Of a stretch of 37,796 bases of DNA, positions 1 through 9,716 are shown one piece after another. Source of the DNA: an uncultured Erysipelotrichaceae bacterium (GTDB taxonomy: Bacteria > Bacillota_I > Bacilli_A > RF39 > UBA660); assembly GCA_902783215.1 (NCBI GenBank), contig CACZQD010000038.1, positions 1 through 37,796 on the forward strand, written 5' to 3'. The notes under the pieces were generated by a model. The model did not search any database and was not told the origin of the DNA. It saw nothing but the letters and a program-made list of their open reading frames with translations. The number at the start of each line of letters is the position of its first letter. Positions within the stretch are counted from its first letter, which is position 1. The position numbers and the translations under genes are program-made.

Positions 1-2
1 CT

Positions 3-149
3 GCTATGCCAATTATTAATAAAGTGGCCAAAGAATATGACACCCCAATTATTTTCTTTAGTTTTGATACTAATACATCAGAAGTAGGAATTAAAACTAG
101 ATTAGAAGCTTTTTACGATATGATTGAAATGAGGAGAGAAAATGAATGA
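3..149 (+). CDS. C-terminal end of a gene running off the left edge; resembles the C-terminus of 2-hydroxyacyl-CoA dehydratase / benzoyl-CoA reductase-type (HGD-D) subunits
   Basis: Frame 3 is open from the window edge: AMPIINKVAKEYDTPIIFFSFDTNTSEVGIKTRLEAFYDMIEMRRENE. The stop TGA at 147-149 overlaps the next start (ATGAATGA). The ending ...D......TRLEAF... and the position directly upstream of an activase fit a dehydratase subunit. Confidence 0.45.
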   Translation, partial: AMPIINKVAKEYDTPIIFFSFDTNTSEVGIKTRLEAFYDMIEMRRENE

Positions 150-1086
150 TTGTTATTTAGGAGTAGATATAGGTTCTATTTCAACTAAAGGAGTTGTTAT
201 TGATAGTAATCATAATGTGATTGCCTCTTTGTACATATGGACAGAAGGAAATCCTGTTAAGGCAGTTAATAAACTAGTTAATGAATTGAAAAAGAAAATG
301 CCATCTAATTATCAAATAAAGGGTATTGGTACTACTGGTAGTGCGAGAAAATTAATTGGTTTATTATTAGATGCTAATATAGTTAAAAATGAAATAACGG
401 CTCATGCAATTGGTACTTTAAATTACTATCCAAATGTTAAAACAATATTAGAAATAGGGGGTCAAGATTCTAAAATAATCATGATTAATAATGGTATTAT
501 TACTGATTATGCTATGAATACTTTGTGTGCGGCAGGGACAGGATCTTTTTTATCTAGTCAAGCTAAAAGATTAGGTATTAAAATTCAGGAATTTAGTAAA
601 TATGCTTTAAAAAGTAAAAATCCTGTTAAAATAGCTGCACGTTGTACAGTGTTTGCTGAATCAGATTTAATTCATAAAGCTCAGTCTGGATATCAAAAAG
701 AAGATATTGTAGCAGGTTTATGTCGTAGTGTGGTATTAAATTATTTAAATAATGTTGGAAAAGGCAAAAAAATTACTGGGCCAATTGTTTTCCAAGGAGG
801 AGTTAGTAAAAATGAAGGAGTTGTTAAATACTTTAAAGAAATATTAAAAGAAGATATAATAGTAGATAAAAACAGTCATTTAATGGGAGCGATTGGGATT
901 GCAATACTTGCTAAAAAGTACCAAACAGGTAAAGTTTATTCGTTAGATATAAACCATATTAAGTTTGAAACTAAACCATTTGAGTGTCGAGGATGTAGTA
1001 ATAATTGTGAAGTATTACGTATATTTAAAAACAATAAAATGATTGATGCTTGGGGAAATAGATGTAATAAATATGTTAAATTGTAG
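142..1086 (+). CDS. BcrAD/BadFG-family ATPase (CoA-substrate-specific enzyme activase / 2-hydroxyacyl-CoA dehydratase activator-like)
   Basis: ASKHA-fold motifs are present: GVDIGSISTKGVVID, LEIGGQDSKII, NTLCAAGTGSFL, FQGGVSKN. The tail is Cys-rich (CRGCSNNCEV...GNRCNKY). The start overlaps the upstream stop. Confidence 0.75.
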   Translation: MNDCYLGVDIGSISTKGVVIDSNHNVIASLYIWTEGNPVKAVNKLVNELKKKMPSNYQIKGIGTTGSARKLIGLLLDANIVKNEITAHAIGTLNYYPNVKTILEIGGQDSKIIMINNGIITDYAMNTLCAAGTGSFLSSQAKRLGIKIQEFSKYALKSKNPVKIAARCTVFAESDLIHKAQSGYQKEDIVAGLCRSVVLNYLNNVGKGKKITGPIVFQGGVSKNEGVVKYFKEILKEDIIVDKNSHLMGAIGIAILAKKYQTGKVYSLDINHIKFETKPFECRGCSNNCEVLRIFKNNKMIDAWGNRCNKYVKL

Positions 1087-1115
1087 ACACCTTTAAGGTG
1101 CTTTTCTTTTGAAAG

Positions 1116-3788
1116 ATGTTTACAAAACTATTAATCTGTAGTACAATTATCATAGGTGGTATGATGTTAATACAATGGTTTAAACAAAAATTATTTAATA
1201 AAAATAATATATATAAATTATTAGCTTTTTTCATACCTATTTTTATAATTGTATTAGTTCTTATAATAAAACAATTTACACAAGGGAATTATTTTAATCG
1301 TGGTGAAAACTTTTTGATTGCTGATATGACGAGACAGTATGTTAGCGTTTTTTCGCATGTTTGGGATGCTTTTCGGGGTAATGTTTCTCTTTTTTATACA
1401 TTTAATAATGGTTTAGGTGGAAATATGGCTAGTACTATTGGTTATTATGCAGCTAGTCCATTAAATATATTGTATTTACTAGGATCAAAAACAGATATTC
1501 CATTAATGACATTTATAATTTATTTGATCAAAACAGGATTGATTGGTTTATTTATGAATATCTTTTTAAATTACAAATTTGGTCGAAAAAGTATGAATAT
1601 AATGTTTTCAACTATGTATGCCTTATCTGCTTATACAGTTAATTATTATTTTCATACTATGTGGTTAGACGTTGTTGCTTTAACACCATTAGTAATATTA
1701 GGTATAAATAAAATGATTGAAGGTAAAAGTATTAAATTATATGTAATAAGTTTATCTTTAGCTATAATATCAAATTTTTATACAGCATATATGTTATGCA
1801 TTTTTTGTGTTATTTATTTTGTATATGCGTTATGGTTTGAGACTGATATTAATAATAAGTTGAAACTATTAAAAAAATTTATTTTAAGTTCGTTATTGGC
1901 ATTTGGTATTTCTTGTTGGTTGCTTTTACCTGTAATTTATAATTTAGAAGAAATCTATAGAGAACCAATTAATAAATCAAGTCTATTTTTAAATCTTTTT
2001 AGTATTATTAAATTAGTACCGTATAAATTTTTTGGAAGAATGTATATTGGTTCCTATAATCGTGAATTAATTATGGAAATGTTTCCTAGTGTTTATTCTG
2101 GTATGTTGATAATTATTCTAATCTTTTTTTACTTTTGTAATAAAAGTATTAGAATAAGAGAACGAATTTTTAGTGCGCTTATTATATTATTTTTAGTATT
2201 GAGTGCATGTATACCTATTTTAAGTTTTTTCTGGCATGGTGGAACAATTCCAAATGGCTACATGATGCGATATTCCTTTTTACTAATATTTTTTGTTATA
2301 TATTTATCTACTAAATCTTTTTATAATTTAAAATGTATAAAATTAAAACAATATATTGTATTTATATTTTTTTATGTAGTTATTACATTAATAACAATTA
2401 TAAGCCAAATGGATATTAACAATACCAAAACAGTGTCGATTTTAAGTATTATTCTTAGTTCTAATTTCATATTATTATATTTAGTATTGTTGTATTTAAT
2501 TATAAATTGTAAAAAAGAGTTATTATTTTTGATTATAGTATTTACGTGTATTGAATTATTGTTTAATTATTATATGTGTTTAGTTTCTAGAAGAGAATGG
2601 AAATCGAATGGTAATTATGCTGATTTCTATAATGATTATTGTACTAAAGTAAATAATTTGGATAAAGATTTTTATAGAATGGCTAGTGAATATCAATATA
2701 GTAATTTGGACGCAATGATATGTAATAATAAAAATATATTCTTATCATTATCAACAAATACTAAAAAAACACCTAAGTTTTTAAAAAATAATGGTGGACA
2801 TGTTACATTTTTAGATATTTGGTATGATTTTAATAAATTACCAATTATAGATTCTATTTTGGGTGTCAAATATGTTGTAGGGAAAGAGCAATGGAAGAAT
2901 TCTTATTATAAAAATACTGGGCAAATATTATATTTATTTGATAAAGATCATAAAAGTAAACAAGGGAGATATTATCTTTATAATAATCCTTATTCTTTAA
3001 GTTTAGGTTACTTAATACCTGAAGATAATAATAGAATATATAAAAAAGAAAAAGTAAATGATAGCATTGATTCAATAAATAGACTTATGAAAACATTAAG
3101 TGGTAATGATGAAGATGTTTTACTTAAATACCCTGTAATATATAGATTGAATGATGTAAATAGAAGTAATTATATATTTGATATTAATAATTCTGAAAAG
3201 TATTTATATTTAAACTTTAAATATCATACTAAAAATTTTTTATATAAAGATACGCCTATTGCTAAAATATATGTAAATGGGGAGTATTTAACTAATTTAA
3301 CAAGTGATAATTTAACTGCTATCAAAATAAAGAATAATTATGCAAATAATAATATAACAGTTAAAGTAGTTAATAATTATGATGCTCATAGTCTTGCAAA
3401 CAGTTTAAATATTTACTATATGAATGAAGATGTCTTTAAAAAAAATATAAAAAATATAAAAAAGCATAGTTTAAAAAAAGTAAAAATATATAAAAATAAA
3501 GTTTTAGGGGAAATTAATGTTAAAAAGAATTCAGTTTTGTTTACATCAATACCATATGAAAAAGGTTGGAAGGTTTATGTGGACGGTAAGCAAACAGATT
3601 ATGAGGAAATTGCAGATTGCTTTATTGGTATTAGATTAAAAAAAGGATATCATAAAATAAAAATGGTTTTTTATCCACCTTGGTTGTTTACTGGTGGTAT
3701 AATAAGTAGTATAAGTATAATTATATTAATTGCTTATGAAATAAAAAATGGAGGTAACTATGAAAAAAGAAATAAAAAAGAAGAATAA
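1116..3788 (+). CDS. YfhO-family polytopic membrane protein (putative glycosyltransferase), copy 1
   Basis: 890-aa ORF with many TM helices. It has the N-terminal FLxADMxxQY...GGNMASTxGYYAASPLN block and the C-terminal SIPYEKGWKVYVDGK...GIRLKKGYHKIKMVFYP block typical of YfhO proteins. Confidence 0.7.
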   Translation: MFTKLLICSTIIIGGMMLIQWFKQKLFNKNNIYKLLAFFIPIFIIVLVLIIKQFTQGNYFNRGENFLIADMTRQYVSVFSHVWDAFRGNVSLFYTFNNGLGGNMASTIGYYAASPLNILYLLGSKTDIPLMTFIIYLIKTGLIGLFMNIFLNYKFGRKSMNIMFSTMYALSAYTVNYYFHTMWLDVVALTPLVILGINKMIEGKSIKLYVISLSLAIISNFYTAYMLCIFCVIYFVYALWFETDINNKLKLLKKFILSSLLAFGISCWLLLPVIYNLEEIYREPINKSSLFLNLFSIIKLVPYKFFGRMYIGSYNRELIMEMFPSVYSGMLIIILIFFYFCNKSIRIRERIFSALIILFLVLSACIPILSFFWHGGTIPNGYMMRYSFLLIFFVIYLSTKSFYNLKCIKLKQYIVFIFFYVVITLITIISQMDINNTKTVSILSIILSSNFILLYLVLLYLIINCKKELLFLIIVFTCIELLFNYYMCLVSRREWKSNGNYADFYNDYCTKVNNLDKDFYRMASEYQYSNLDAMICNNKNIFLSLSTNTKKTPKFLKNNGGHVTFLDIWYDFNKLPIIDSILGVKYVVGKEQWKNSYYKNTGQILYLFDKDHKSKQGRYYLYNNPYSLSLGYLIPEDNNRIYKKEKVNDSIDSINRLMKTLSGNDEDVLLKYPVIYRLNDVNRSNYIFDINNSEKYLYLNFKYHTKNFLYKDTPIAKIYVNGEYLTNLTSDNLTAIKIKNNYANNNITVKVVNNYDAHSLANSLNIYYMNEDVFKKNIKNIKKHSLKKVKIYKNKVLGEINVKKNSVLFTSIPYEKGWKVYVDGKQTDYEEIADCFIGIRLKKGYHKIKMVFYPPWLFTGGIISSISIIILIAYEIKNGGNYEKRNKKEE

Positions 3789-6402
3789 AAATATTAAAAA
3801 AAATGTATTGTATGGATTAGCATTTATAATTCCTATTGTAATTATTTTAACACATATTTTTAGTATGGAAATAATAAAGGGTCATTATATAAGGCATGGT
3901 CAGAATTTTTTGATGGCTGATATGGCAAGCCAATATAATTCTATATATGCCTATATTTGGGATGTTTTACGAGGTAATGATTCAATCTTTTACTCGTTTG
4001 GTAAAAGTTTAGGTGGAAATATGGCTAGTACTGTTGGTTATTATGCAGCTAGTCCTTTGAATTTTATGTATTTGTTTTGTGCAAAAATTGATGTTCCTGC
4101 TATGACTTTTATTATACTGATGATAAAATTGGGGTTAGCTAGTTTCTTTATGCTAATATTTTTAAATAAAAAGTTTGAATTTAGAAGAAGCAATATTATA
4201 TTTGCTATTACATATTCATTAATGGCATATAATGTTAATTATTATTTTAATAATATGTGGATGGATGTTATCGCTTTAGCGCCATTAGTTATACTAGGGA
4301 TAGATAAATTATTCAAAGAAAAAAGTATTTTACTATATACAATTAGTTTAAGTATTGCTATTATATCGAATTTCTATATTGCATATATGCTTTGCATATT
4401 TTGTGTTATTTATTTTGGATATCAATTAATTACAAATTATAAAATAAAAGAATTTAAACAATATAGTGGAATTATTGGTAGATTTATTTTATCATCATTA
4501 TTAGCTGGTGGAATTTCAATGTTTTTTTTACTTCCATCTGTTCTTAATTTATCTGAAATAATGAGATTTTCTACTGATAAAAGTTCATTAATTATTCATT
4601 ATAAATATTGGCCTAAAGAAATATTTACTAAGATTTTATGTAAATTTTATATGGGTTCTCATAATACTTCATCAGTTCTTAGTAGAGTAAGAGCTAATTT
4701 ATATTGTGGAATGTTAACGTTTGTTTTAAATTATTTTTATTTTTGTAATAAGAATATTAAAATTAAAGAAAAAATATTCAGTGGATTAATAATATTGTTT
4801 TTTATATTTAGTATTCTAATTCCACATCTTAATTTATTTTGGCAAGCAGGATCATTCCCAAATGGTTATATATGTCGTTACTCTTATCTTTTCAGTTTCT
4901 TTATGATTTATTTAGCTGCTCGTTGCTTTATTAAACTTGATAAAACAAAAATCAGATATTTCATAATCTATATATTTTTATATGGATTATTAAGTGCTAA
5001 AGTAGCAGCACAATATCTAGAATTTATGGAATTAAGTGATATTATTATTAGTTCTGTTTTTGTTTTAGTATATCTTATCATTTTATTTTTGATGATGTAT
5101 TTAAAAGAAAAACGCAAAAAATTATTAAAAATTATTTTATTTGTTGTTGTCGTAATTGAATTGTTTGTTAATTTTAAGTTATGTTTTATTTCGAATGATG
5201 ATATTCATATGTTTGATGGGTATCGAGATTATTATAATGTAGCTTGTGATAGAATAAATAAATATAAAAACGATACAGGATTTTATAGAATAGATGGTAG
5301 TTATCGATTTAGTTTTCTAGATTCTTGGGTTTGTAATAATCATGCTATTACATCTTCATTATCAACAAATACAGGTGATTTATATCGTTTTTGGAAGGAA
5401 AATGGTGGTAGTGTTACATATACAACTATTATGTATGATTTAAATAAAACTCCTATTTTTGATGCTATATTTGGTGTTAAATATATCAAAACATATGAGG
5501 AATTAAAAGATACTTATTATAAAATATATGATAAAATTCCTATTAAACAATATGATTCTGTAAAGAAAAAAAATGTTACTACATATAGATATGTTTATGA
5601 AAATCCTTATGCACTAAGCTTAGGATATACAATTCCAAATAATTATAAAGAAATATTTAAATCGATTAAAACACAAGATAGTATTGATTCAATGAATAGA
5701 CTTATGAAAACTTTGAGTGGTAATGATGAAGATGTTTTAATTAAATATGATAAAAAGTATTTGGGTAATGGTAATTACAAATTTAAAATAAGTAATAATG
5801 AAAAATATTTCTATTTAGCATTTGATTATGATACTTCAATCAATTGGACTATATATGATACAATTTATATTAATGATAAATATGTATTTAGTTCAAATAG
5901 TGAAGATGTAGGTAATATTAAAATAGAAAATAAATACTCAAATTCAATTATAGATGTTAGAGTTGGTGAAAAAGAATATCCAAATGTCAGAGATGTTTTA
6001 ACTATTTATAGTTTCGATATGGATGTCTTTAAAAAAGATATAGAACTTATGAAGAAAAATCAACTTAAAAATGTCGTTGTAAAAGGGAACAAAATGACTG
6101 GTTCAATTTATGCTGATGAAGATTCCGTTTTATTTACATCAATACCATATGAAAAAGGATGGAATGTTTATGTTGATGGTAAAAAAGTTGGATATGAAAA
6201 AATTGCTCATGAATTTGTTGGTATTAGATTAAAAAAAGGTCATCATAAGATTAAGATGGTATATTATCCACATCATATAGAAATTGGTACAGTTATTACT
6301 ATTTTATCTATATCCACACTAGTTATATATGAAATTATTATTCGAAAAAAGAATAATAAAGATAAACAAAAATCTAATCATAAAAAAGCAAAAAGAAATT
6401 AG
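3760..6402 (+). CDS. YfhO-family polytopic membrane protein, copy 2 (tandem paralog)
   Basis: Same architecture and motifs as copy 1. I place the start at ATG 3760, preceded by GGAGG (3750-3754), rather than at 3748. It overlaps the end of copy 1 by 29 nt. Confidence 0.7.
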   Translation: MKKEIKKKNKNIKKNVLYGLAFIIPIVIILTHIFSMEIIKGHYIRHGQNFLMADMASQYNSIYAYIWDVLRGNDSIFYSFGKSLGGNMASTVGYYAASPLNFMYLFCAKIDVPAMTFIILMIKLGLASFFMLIFLNKKFEFRRSNIIFAITYSLMAYNVNYYFNNMWMDVIALAPLVILGIDKLFKEKSILLYTISLSIAIISNFYIAYMLCIFCVIYFGYQLITNYKIKEFKQYSGIIGRFILSSLLAGGISMFFLLPSVLNLSEIMRFSTDKSSLIIHYKYWPKEIFTKILCKFYMGSHNTSSVLSRVRANLYCGMLTFVLNYFYFCNKNIKIKEKIFSGLIILFFIFSILIPHLNLFWQAGSFPNGYICRYSYLFSFFMIYLAARCFIKLDKTKIRYFIIYIFLYGLLSAKVAAQYLEFMELSDIIISSVFVLVYLIILFLMMYLKEKRKKLLKIILFVVVVIELFVNFKLCFISNDDIHMFDGYRDYYNVACDRINKYKNDTGFYRIDGSYRFSFLDSWVCNNHAITSSLSTNTGDLYRFWKENGGSVTYTTIMYDLNKTPIFDAIFGVKYIKTYEELKDTYYKIYDKIPIKQYDSVKKKNVTTYRYVYENPYALSLGYTIPNNYKEIFKSIKTQDSIDSMNRLMKTLSGNDEDVLIKYDKKYLGNGNYKFKISNNEKYFYLAFDYDTSINWTIYDTIYINDKYVFSSNSEDVGNIKIENKYSNSIIDVRVGEKEYPNVRDVLTIYSFDMDVFKKDIELMKKNQLKNVVVKGNKMTGSIYADEDSVLFTSIPYEKGWNVYVDGKKVGYEKIAHEFVGIRLKKGHHKIKMVYYPHHIEIGTVITILSISTLVIYEIIIRKKNNKDKQKSNHKKAKRN

Positions 6403-6761
6403 TTTTTCTTTTTGTTTTTACCTAATATACTACCAAATATAGAAGAAATTAGTAAAATTATATAATAGATAATATTAAATAATTGATAGTTATATTTAAG
6501 TATTAAACTTATAATAATATATAGTATTATTAAAACACTACCAATTTTTATTCCTTCTGTTAATCCTTTTTTCGAACTTTTTTTTCCTAAATGATAACCA
6601 CTGATGATATATGATATAATAACTAAAGCAATAATAAGTATATTAGATATTTTGTCATTTAGAATATTGAAATAGCTTAATAAAGTTATAAATAGTAATC
6701 CAATAACTATCAATATTAATCCTTTTAAAATAGCTTTCCCAAATAATTTTAAATAGTTCAT
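6399..6761 (-). CDS. small integral membrane protein (about 4 TM helices), function unknown
   Basis: 120-aa ORF that is almost entirely hydrophobic helices with a basic C-terminus (GKNKKKN). It is convergent with YfhO copy 2 and overlaps it by 4 nt. Confidence 0.5.
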   Translation of the reverse strand: MNYLKLFGKAILKGLILIVIGLLFITLLSYFNILNDKISNILIIALVIISYIISGYHLGKKSSKKGLTEGIKIGSVLIILYIIISLILKYNYQLFNIIYYIILLISSIFGSILGKNKKKN

Positions 6762-6832
6762 TTAATCACCTATAAAATATTATTCTAATGTATAAAAAAA
6801 TATTAATTAAACATTATAAAATAGGTGATTAT

Positions 6833-7462
6833 ATGATTATAGGAATAATATTAAGAACTCTATTTATGTATTTTTTTATTATATTAGCTTACCGATTAAT
6901 GGGAAAAAAGGAAGTAGGACAATTAAGCATTATTGACTTAATTGTATCTATATTAATTGCAGAATTAGTCGCACTTGCTATTGAAGGAGAAAAAAATGCT
7001 ATAATGATGTCAGTAGTTCCTATTATGGTATTAGTTGGGGTTCAAATATTTATTAGTTTTATTACTTTGAAAAATGAAAAAATAAGATATATTATAGATG
7101 GTAAACCAGTAGTTATAATAAAAAATGGAAAATTAAATTTTACAGAAATGTCTAAACTACGTTATAGTTTAGATGATTTAATTAGTCAATTAAGATTGCA
7201 AGGTGTGAAAAGTATTGATAAAGTTAAATATGCCGTTTTAGAGAATAATGGTAATTTATCAGTCTTTCAAGATGATTCAGATTATCCATTGCCAATTATA
7301 TTGGACGGAGTAATTGATCAAACAGTTTTAAAAGAAATTGATAAAGATTATGAATGGATCATTAATATTTTAAAAAAGAGAAAACTAGAATTAGATCAAG
7401 TTTTTTATGCTTTTTATGTCGCGGATAAAGTATTTATTATTACAAAAGAAGAATTATTATAA
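6833..7462 (+). CDS. DUF421 / YetF-family membrane protein
   Basis: MGKKEVGQLSIIDLIVSILIAE and LRLQGVKSIDKVKYAVLENNGNLSVF match the YetF/DUF421 pattern. The start is set at ATG 6833, after AGGTGA. Confidence 0.65.
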   Translation: MIIGIILRTLFMYFFIILAYRLMGKKEVGQLSIIDLIVSILIAELVALAIEGEKNAIMMSVVPIMVLVGVQIFISFITLKNEKIRYIIDGKPVVIIKNGKLNFTEMSKLRYSLDDLISQLRLQGVKSIDKVKYAVLENNGNLSVFQDDSDYPLPIILDGVIDQTVLKEIDKDYEWIINILKKRKLELDQVFYAFYVADKVFIITKEELL

Positions 7463-7471
7463 GGAGTTATT

Positions 7472-7837
7472 ATGAATTATGATGTAATATTAACAAAATT
7501 ATCAAAATCTAAATTTAGAAGTAGTTTTCAGCTACGTAAATATATGATTAAATATATTGATAATAAAGGATTTGATACTATAAATAGACATGCTAAAGAT
7601 TTAATTAATACTAAAATAGGATCTGCCAATCCTTTAAATGATGGAAGACAAACGCCAATGAAAAATCATCCAGTATTTATTGCAATGCATGCATGTGGGT
7701 GCTGCTGCAGGAATTGTTTAGAAAAATGGCATCATATTCCAAAAGGACGAAGATTAACAGATGAGGAAAAAGACTATTTAGTTAATTTAATAATGCTGTG
7801 GATAAAAAAAGAATACGATAAACAAAAGGCAACATAG
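7472..7837 (+). CDS. DUF4186-family protein
   Basis: LSKSKFRSSFQL...NDGRQTPMKNHPVFIAMHACGCCCRNCLEKWHHIPKGR matches the conserved DUF4186 core as I recall it. Confidence 0.6.
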   Translation: MNYDVILTKLSKSKFRSSFQLRKYMIKYIDNKGFDTINRHAKDLINTKIGSANPLNDGRQTPMKNHPVFIAMHACGCCCRNCLEKWHHIPKGRRLTDEEKDYLVNLIMLWIKKEYDKQKAT

Positions 7838-7856
7838 ATTACTCTATGTTTTTCTT

Positions 7857-7888
7857 TACACTTTTTAATAAAAAAGTGTATTTTTTTT
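7857..7888 (+). terminator. rho-independent terminator
   Basis: Perfect 10-bp stem TACACTTTTT/AAAAAGTGTA with a 4-nt loop, followed by T8 (7881-7888). Confidence 0.8.
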
Positions 7889-7899
7889 GTGAAAAAGTA

Positions 7900-7928
7900 T
7901 TTACAAAATCAGTAAAAAAAGATATAAT
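7900..7928 (+). promoter_or_regulatory. sigma-A type promoter of the mraZ operon
   Basis: TTTACA (7900-7905), 17-nt spacer, TATAAT (7923-7928). Confidence 0.65.
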
Positions 7929-7963
7929 AGTGGTACCGAGTGGTTAATAGTGGGGAAAAGTGG
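7929..7963 (+). promoter_or_regulatory. array of four direct AGTGG repeats at exact 10-bp spacing (putative MraZ operator)
   Basis: AGTGG occurs at 7929, 7939, 7949 and 7959, immediately downstream of the -10 element and upstream of the mraZ ATG. Confidence 0.6.
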
Positions 7964-7971
7964 TGGTATTT

Positions 7972-8397
7972 ATGTTTATGGGACAATACAATCATACCAT
8001 TGATAGTAAGGGTAGATTGATTATTCCTTCTAAACTTCGAGATAGTCTTGGAGAAGGATTTATTGTTACTAGAGGACTTGATGGTTGCTTATTTATATAT
8101 CCTGCTTTAGAATGGAAAAACATCATTAATAAATATAAAGAATTACCAGATACTAAAAATAGACGTCACTTTATGAGAATTTTCTTGTCAGGTGCGACTA
8201 CTTGTGAATATGATAAACAGGGAAGAATTAATATACCAGGACCACTTGTTGAATATGCAAAATTAGATCACGATTGTATTATCATTGGAGTTGATGAAAG
8301 ACTTGAGGTTTGGAGTAAGGAACGTTGGGAAGGGTTTATCAATGAAAATGAAGATAATTTATCAGATATTGCAGACGATTTATTTGCTACTTTCTAG
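7972..8397 (+). CDS. mraZ: transcriptional regulator MraZ
   Basis: MFMGQYNHTIDSKGRLIIPSKLR and a second DKQGRINIP half give the duplicated SpoVT/AbrB-like MraZ signature. The start is set at ATG 7972 (MFMG...), not the GTG at 7960. Confidence 0.9.
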   Translation: MFMGQYNHTIDSKGRLIIPSKLRDSLGEGFIVTRGLDGCLFIYPALEWKNIINKYKELPDTKNRRHFMRIFLSGATTCEYDKQGRINIPGPLVEYAKLDHDCIIIGVDERLEVWSKERWEGFINENEDNLSDIADDLFATF

Positions 8398-8405
8398 GAG
8401 ATATT

Positions 8406-9311
8406 ATGCATAAAAGTGTATTATTAGATGAATGTTTAGAATATCTTAATTTACACGATAACTCAATTGTTGTTGATTGTACTTTAGGATATGGTGGACA
8501 TAGTAGTGAAATATTAAAAAGAATTAAAAAGGGTAAATTATTCGCCTTTGACCAAGACACTAATGCTATTAAATATAGTAATGAAAAATTAAGTAAAATC
8601 GGTAATAATTTTGAAATTATTAATTCTAATTTTGTAAATATTAAAGAAGAAATAGAAAAAAGAAATGTAAAAGTTGATGGAGTGTTATATGATTTAGGAG
8701 TTTCTAGTCCACAGTTAGACATCGATACTCGAGGATTTAGTTTTCATGCAGATGCTAAACTTGATATGCGAATGAATCAAAATCAAGATTTATCAGCTTA
8801 TGAAGTAGTTAATAGTTATACAGAAGAAGATTTAACTGATATTTTATTTAAGTATGGTGAAGAAAAGTATGCCAAATCAATAGCTAAAGAAATAGTTAAT
8901 AATAGGCCAATTAATACAACTTTAGAATTAGTTGAAGTTATTAAAAATGCTGTTCCAGAAAAATATAAAAGAGATAAACATCCAGCACGCAAGACATTTC
9001 AAGCTATTCGTATTGAAGTAAATGATGAATTAAATGTATTTAAGAAAAGTTTAAAAGATGCTTTAGAATTATTGAATATTAACGGAAGAATATGTGTAAT
9101 TACATTTCATTCATTAGAAGATAAAATCTGTAAAGAGATTTTTAAGAAAGTAAGTGATCTTCCTAATGAATTAAAAAATTTACCAGTTGTTCCTGAAGAA
9201 TATCAACCTAAATATAAAGTTATTAAAACAATTAAACCAACTAAAGATGAAATAAATAGTAATAATCGTGCGAGAAGTGCGAAACTAAGGGTTATTGAAA
9301 GGATAAGATAA
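8406..9311 (+). CDS. rsmH: 16S rRNA (cytosine1402-N4)-methyltransferase RsmH
   Basis: HKSVLLDECLEYL, DCTLGYGGHS, FDQD, LYDLGVSSPQLD, GFSF, ITFHSLEDK and NNRARSAKLRV are canonical RsmH/MraW motifs. The position after mraZ also fits. Confidence 0.92.
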   Translation: MHKSVLLDECLEYLNLHDNSIVVDCTLGYGGHSSEILKRIKKGKLFAFDQDTNAIKYSNEKLSKIGNNFEIINSNFVNIKEEIEKRNVKVDGVLYDLGVSSPQLDIDTRGFSFHADAKLDMRMNQNQDLSAYEVVNSYTEEDLTDILFKYGEEKYAKSIAKEIVNNRPINTTLELVEVIKNAVPEKYKRDKHPARKTFQAIRIEVNDELNVFKKSLKDALELLNINGRICVITFHSLEDKICKEIFKKVSDLPNELKNLPVVPEEYQPKYKVIKTIKPTKDEINSNNRARSAKLRVIERIR

Positions 9312-9312
9312 A

Positions 9313-9609
9313 ATGAAAAGAACAAAAAAGAATAAAAAGAGATTAACACATGGAGAAAAATTATTATATACCTTAGGGATATTAGCATTTATCTGTTCTT
9401 TTGGTGTTCAAGTTTTTGCAGGTGCAACTACAAGTAATATGAAAATGGAAATAGAACAAATGTCGCAGAAAATAGATAATCAACAAAATAAAAATGATTC
9501 TTTAGCAATGCAAGTAAATGAACTTACTTCTTATGAAAACTTAGATAGTGTTTTACAAGATATGGGACTTGCATATAATAATGAAAATATAATTGTATTA
9601 GATAAATAG
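9313..9609 (+). CDS. ftsL: cell division protein FtsL-like (single TM plus coiled coil)
   Basis: 98 aa with a basic N-terminus, one TM helix, a heptad-like region and a C-terminal ...DMGLAYNNENIIVLD. The position directly after rsmH fits. Confidence 0.65.
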   Translation: MKRTKKNKKRLTHGEKLLYTLGILAFICSFGVQVFAGATTSNMKMEIEQMSQKIDNQQNKNDSLAMQVNELTSYENLDSVLQDMGLAYNNENIIVLDK

Positions 9610-9626
9610 GCCTTTGGGTCTATTTT
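9606..9626 (+). terminator. rho-independent terminator after ftsL
   Basis: ATAGGCC-TTTG-GGTCTAT stem-loop (7 bp including one G-T pair) followed by a T run. It overlaps the ftsL stop codon. Confidence 0.55.
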
Positions 9627-9716
9627 ACATTTTGAGTGTAAAGTAATCAAAAAAATCAAGTAAAAGTATTATCAACATAATAATAATGTGATATGATTAA
9701 CATAGTGGGTGATTAT

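Noticed and set aside
8387-8722. 111-aa minus-strand ORF, plus similar antisense ORFs at 2866-3075, 9203-9388, 10938-11243, 20599-20811, 20869-21057, 21250-21552, 21982-22179, 23804-23986, 24461-24688, 27051-27359, 27600-27866, 31678-31863 and 33756-34187
   Set aside because: All lie antisense within, or overlapping, confidently identified conserved genes. They have low-complexity Leu/Ser/Ile-rich products typical of AT-rich shadow frames, and none has a convincing SD.
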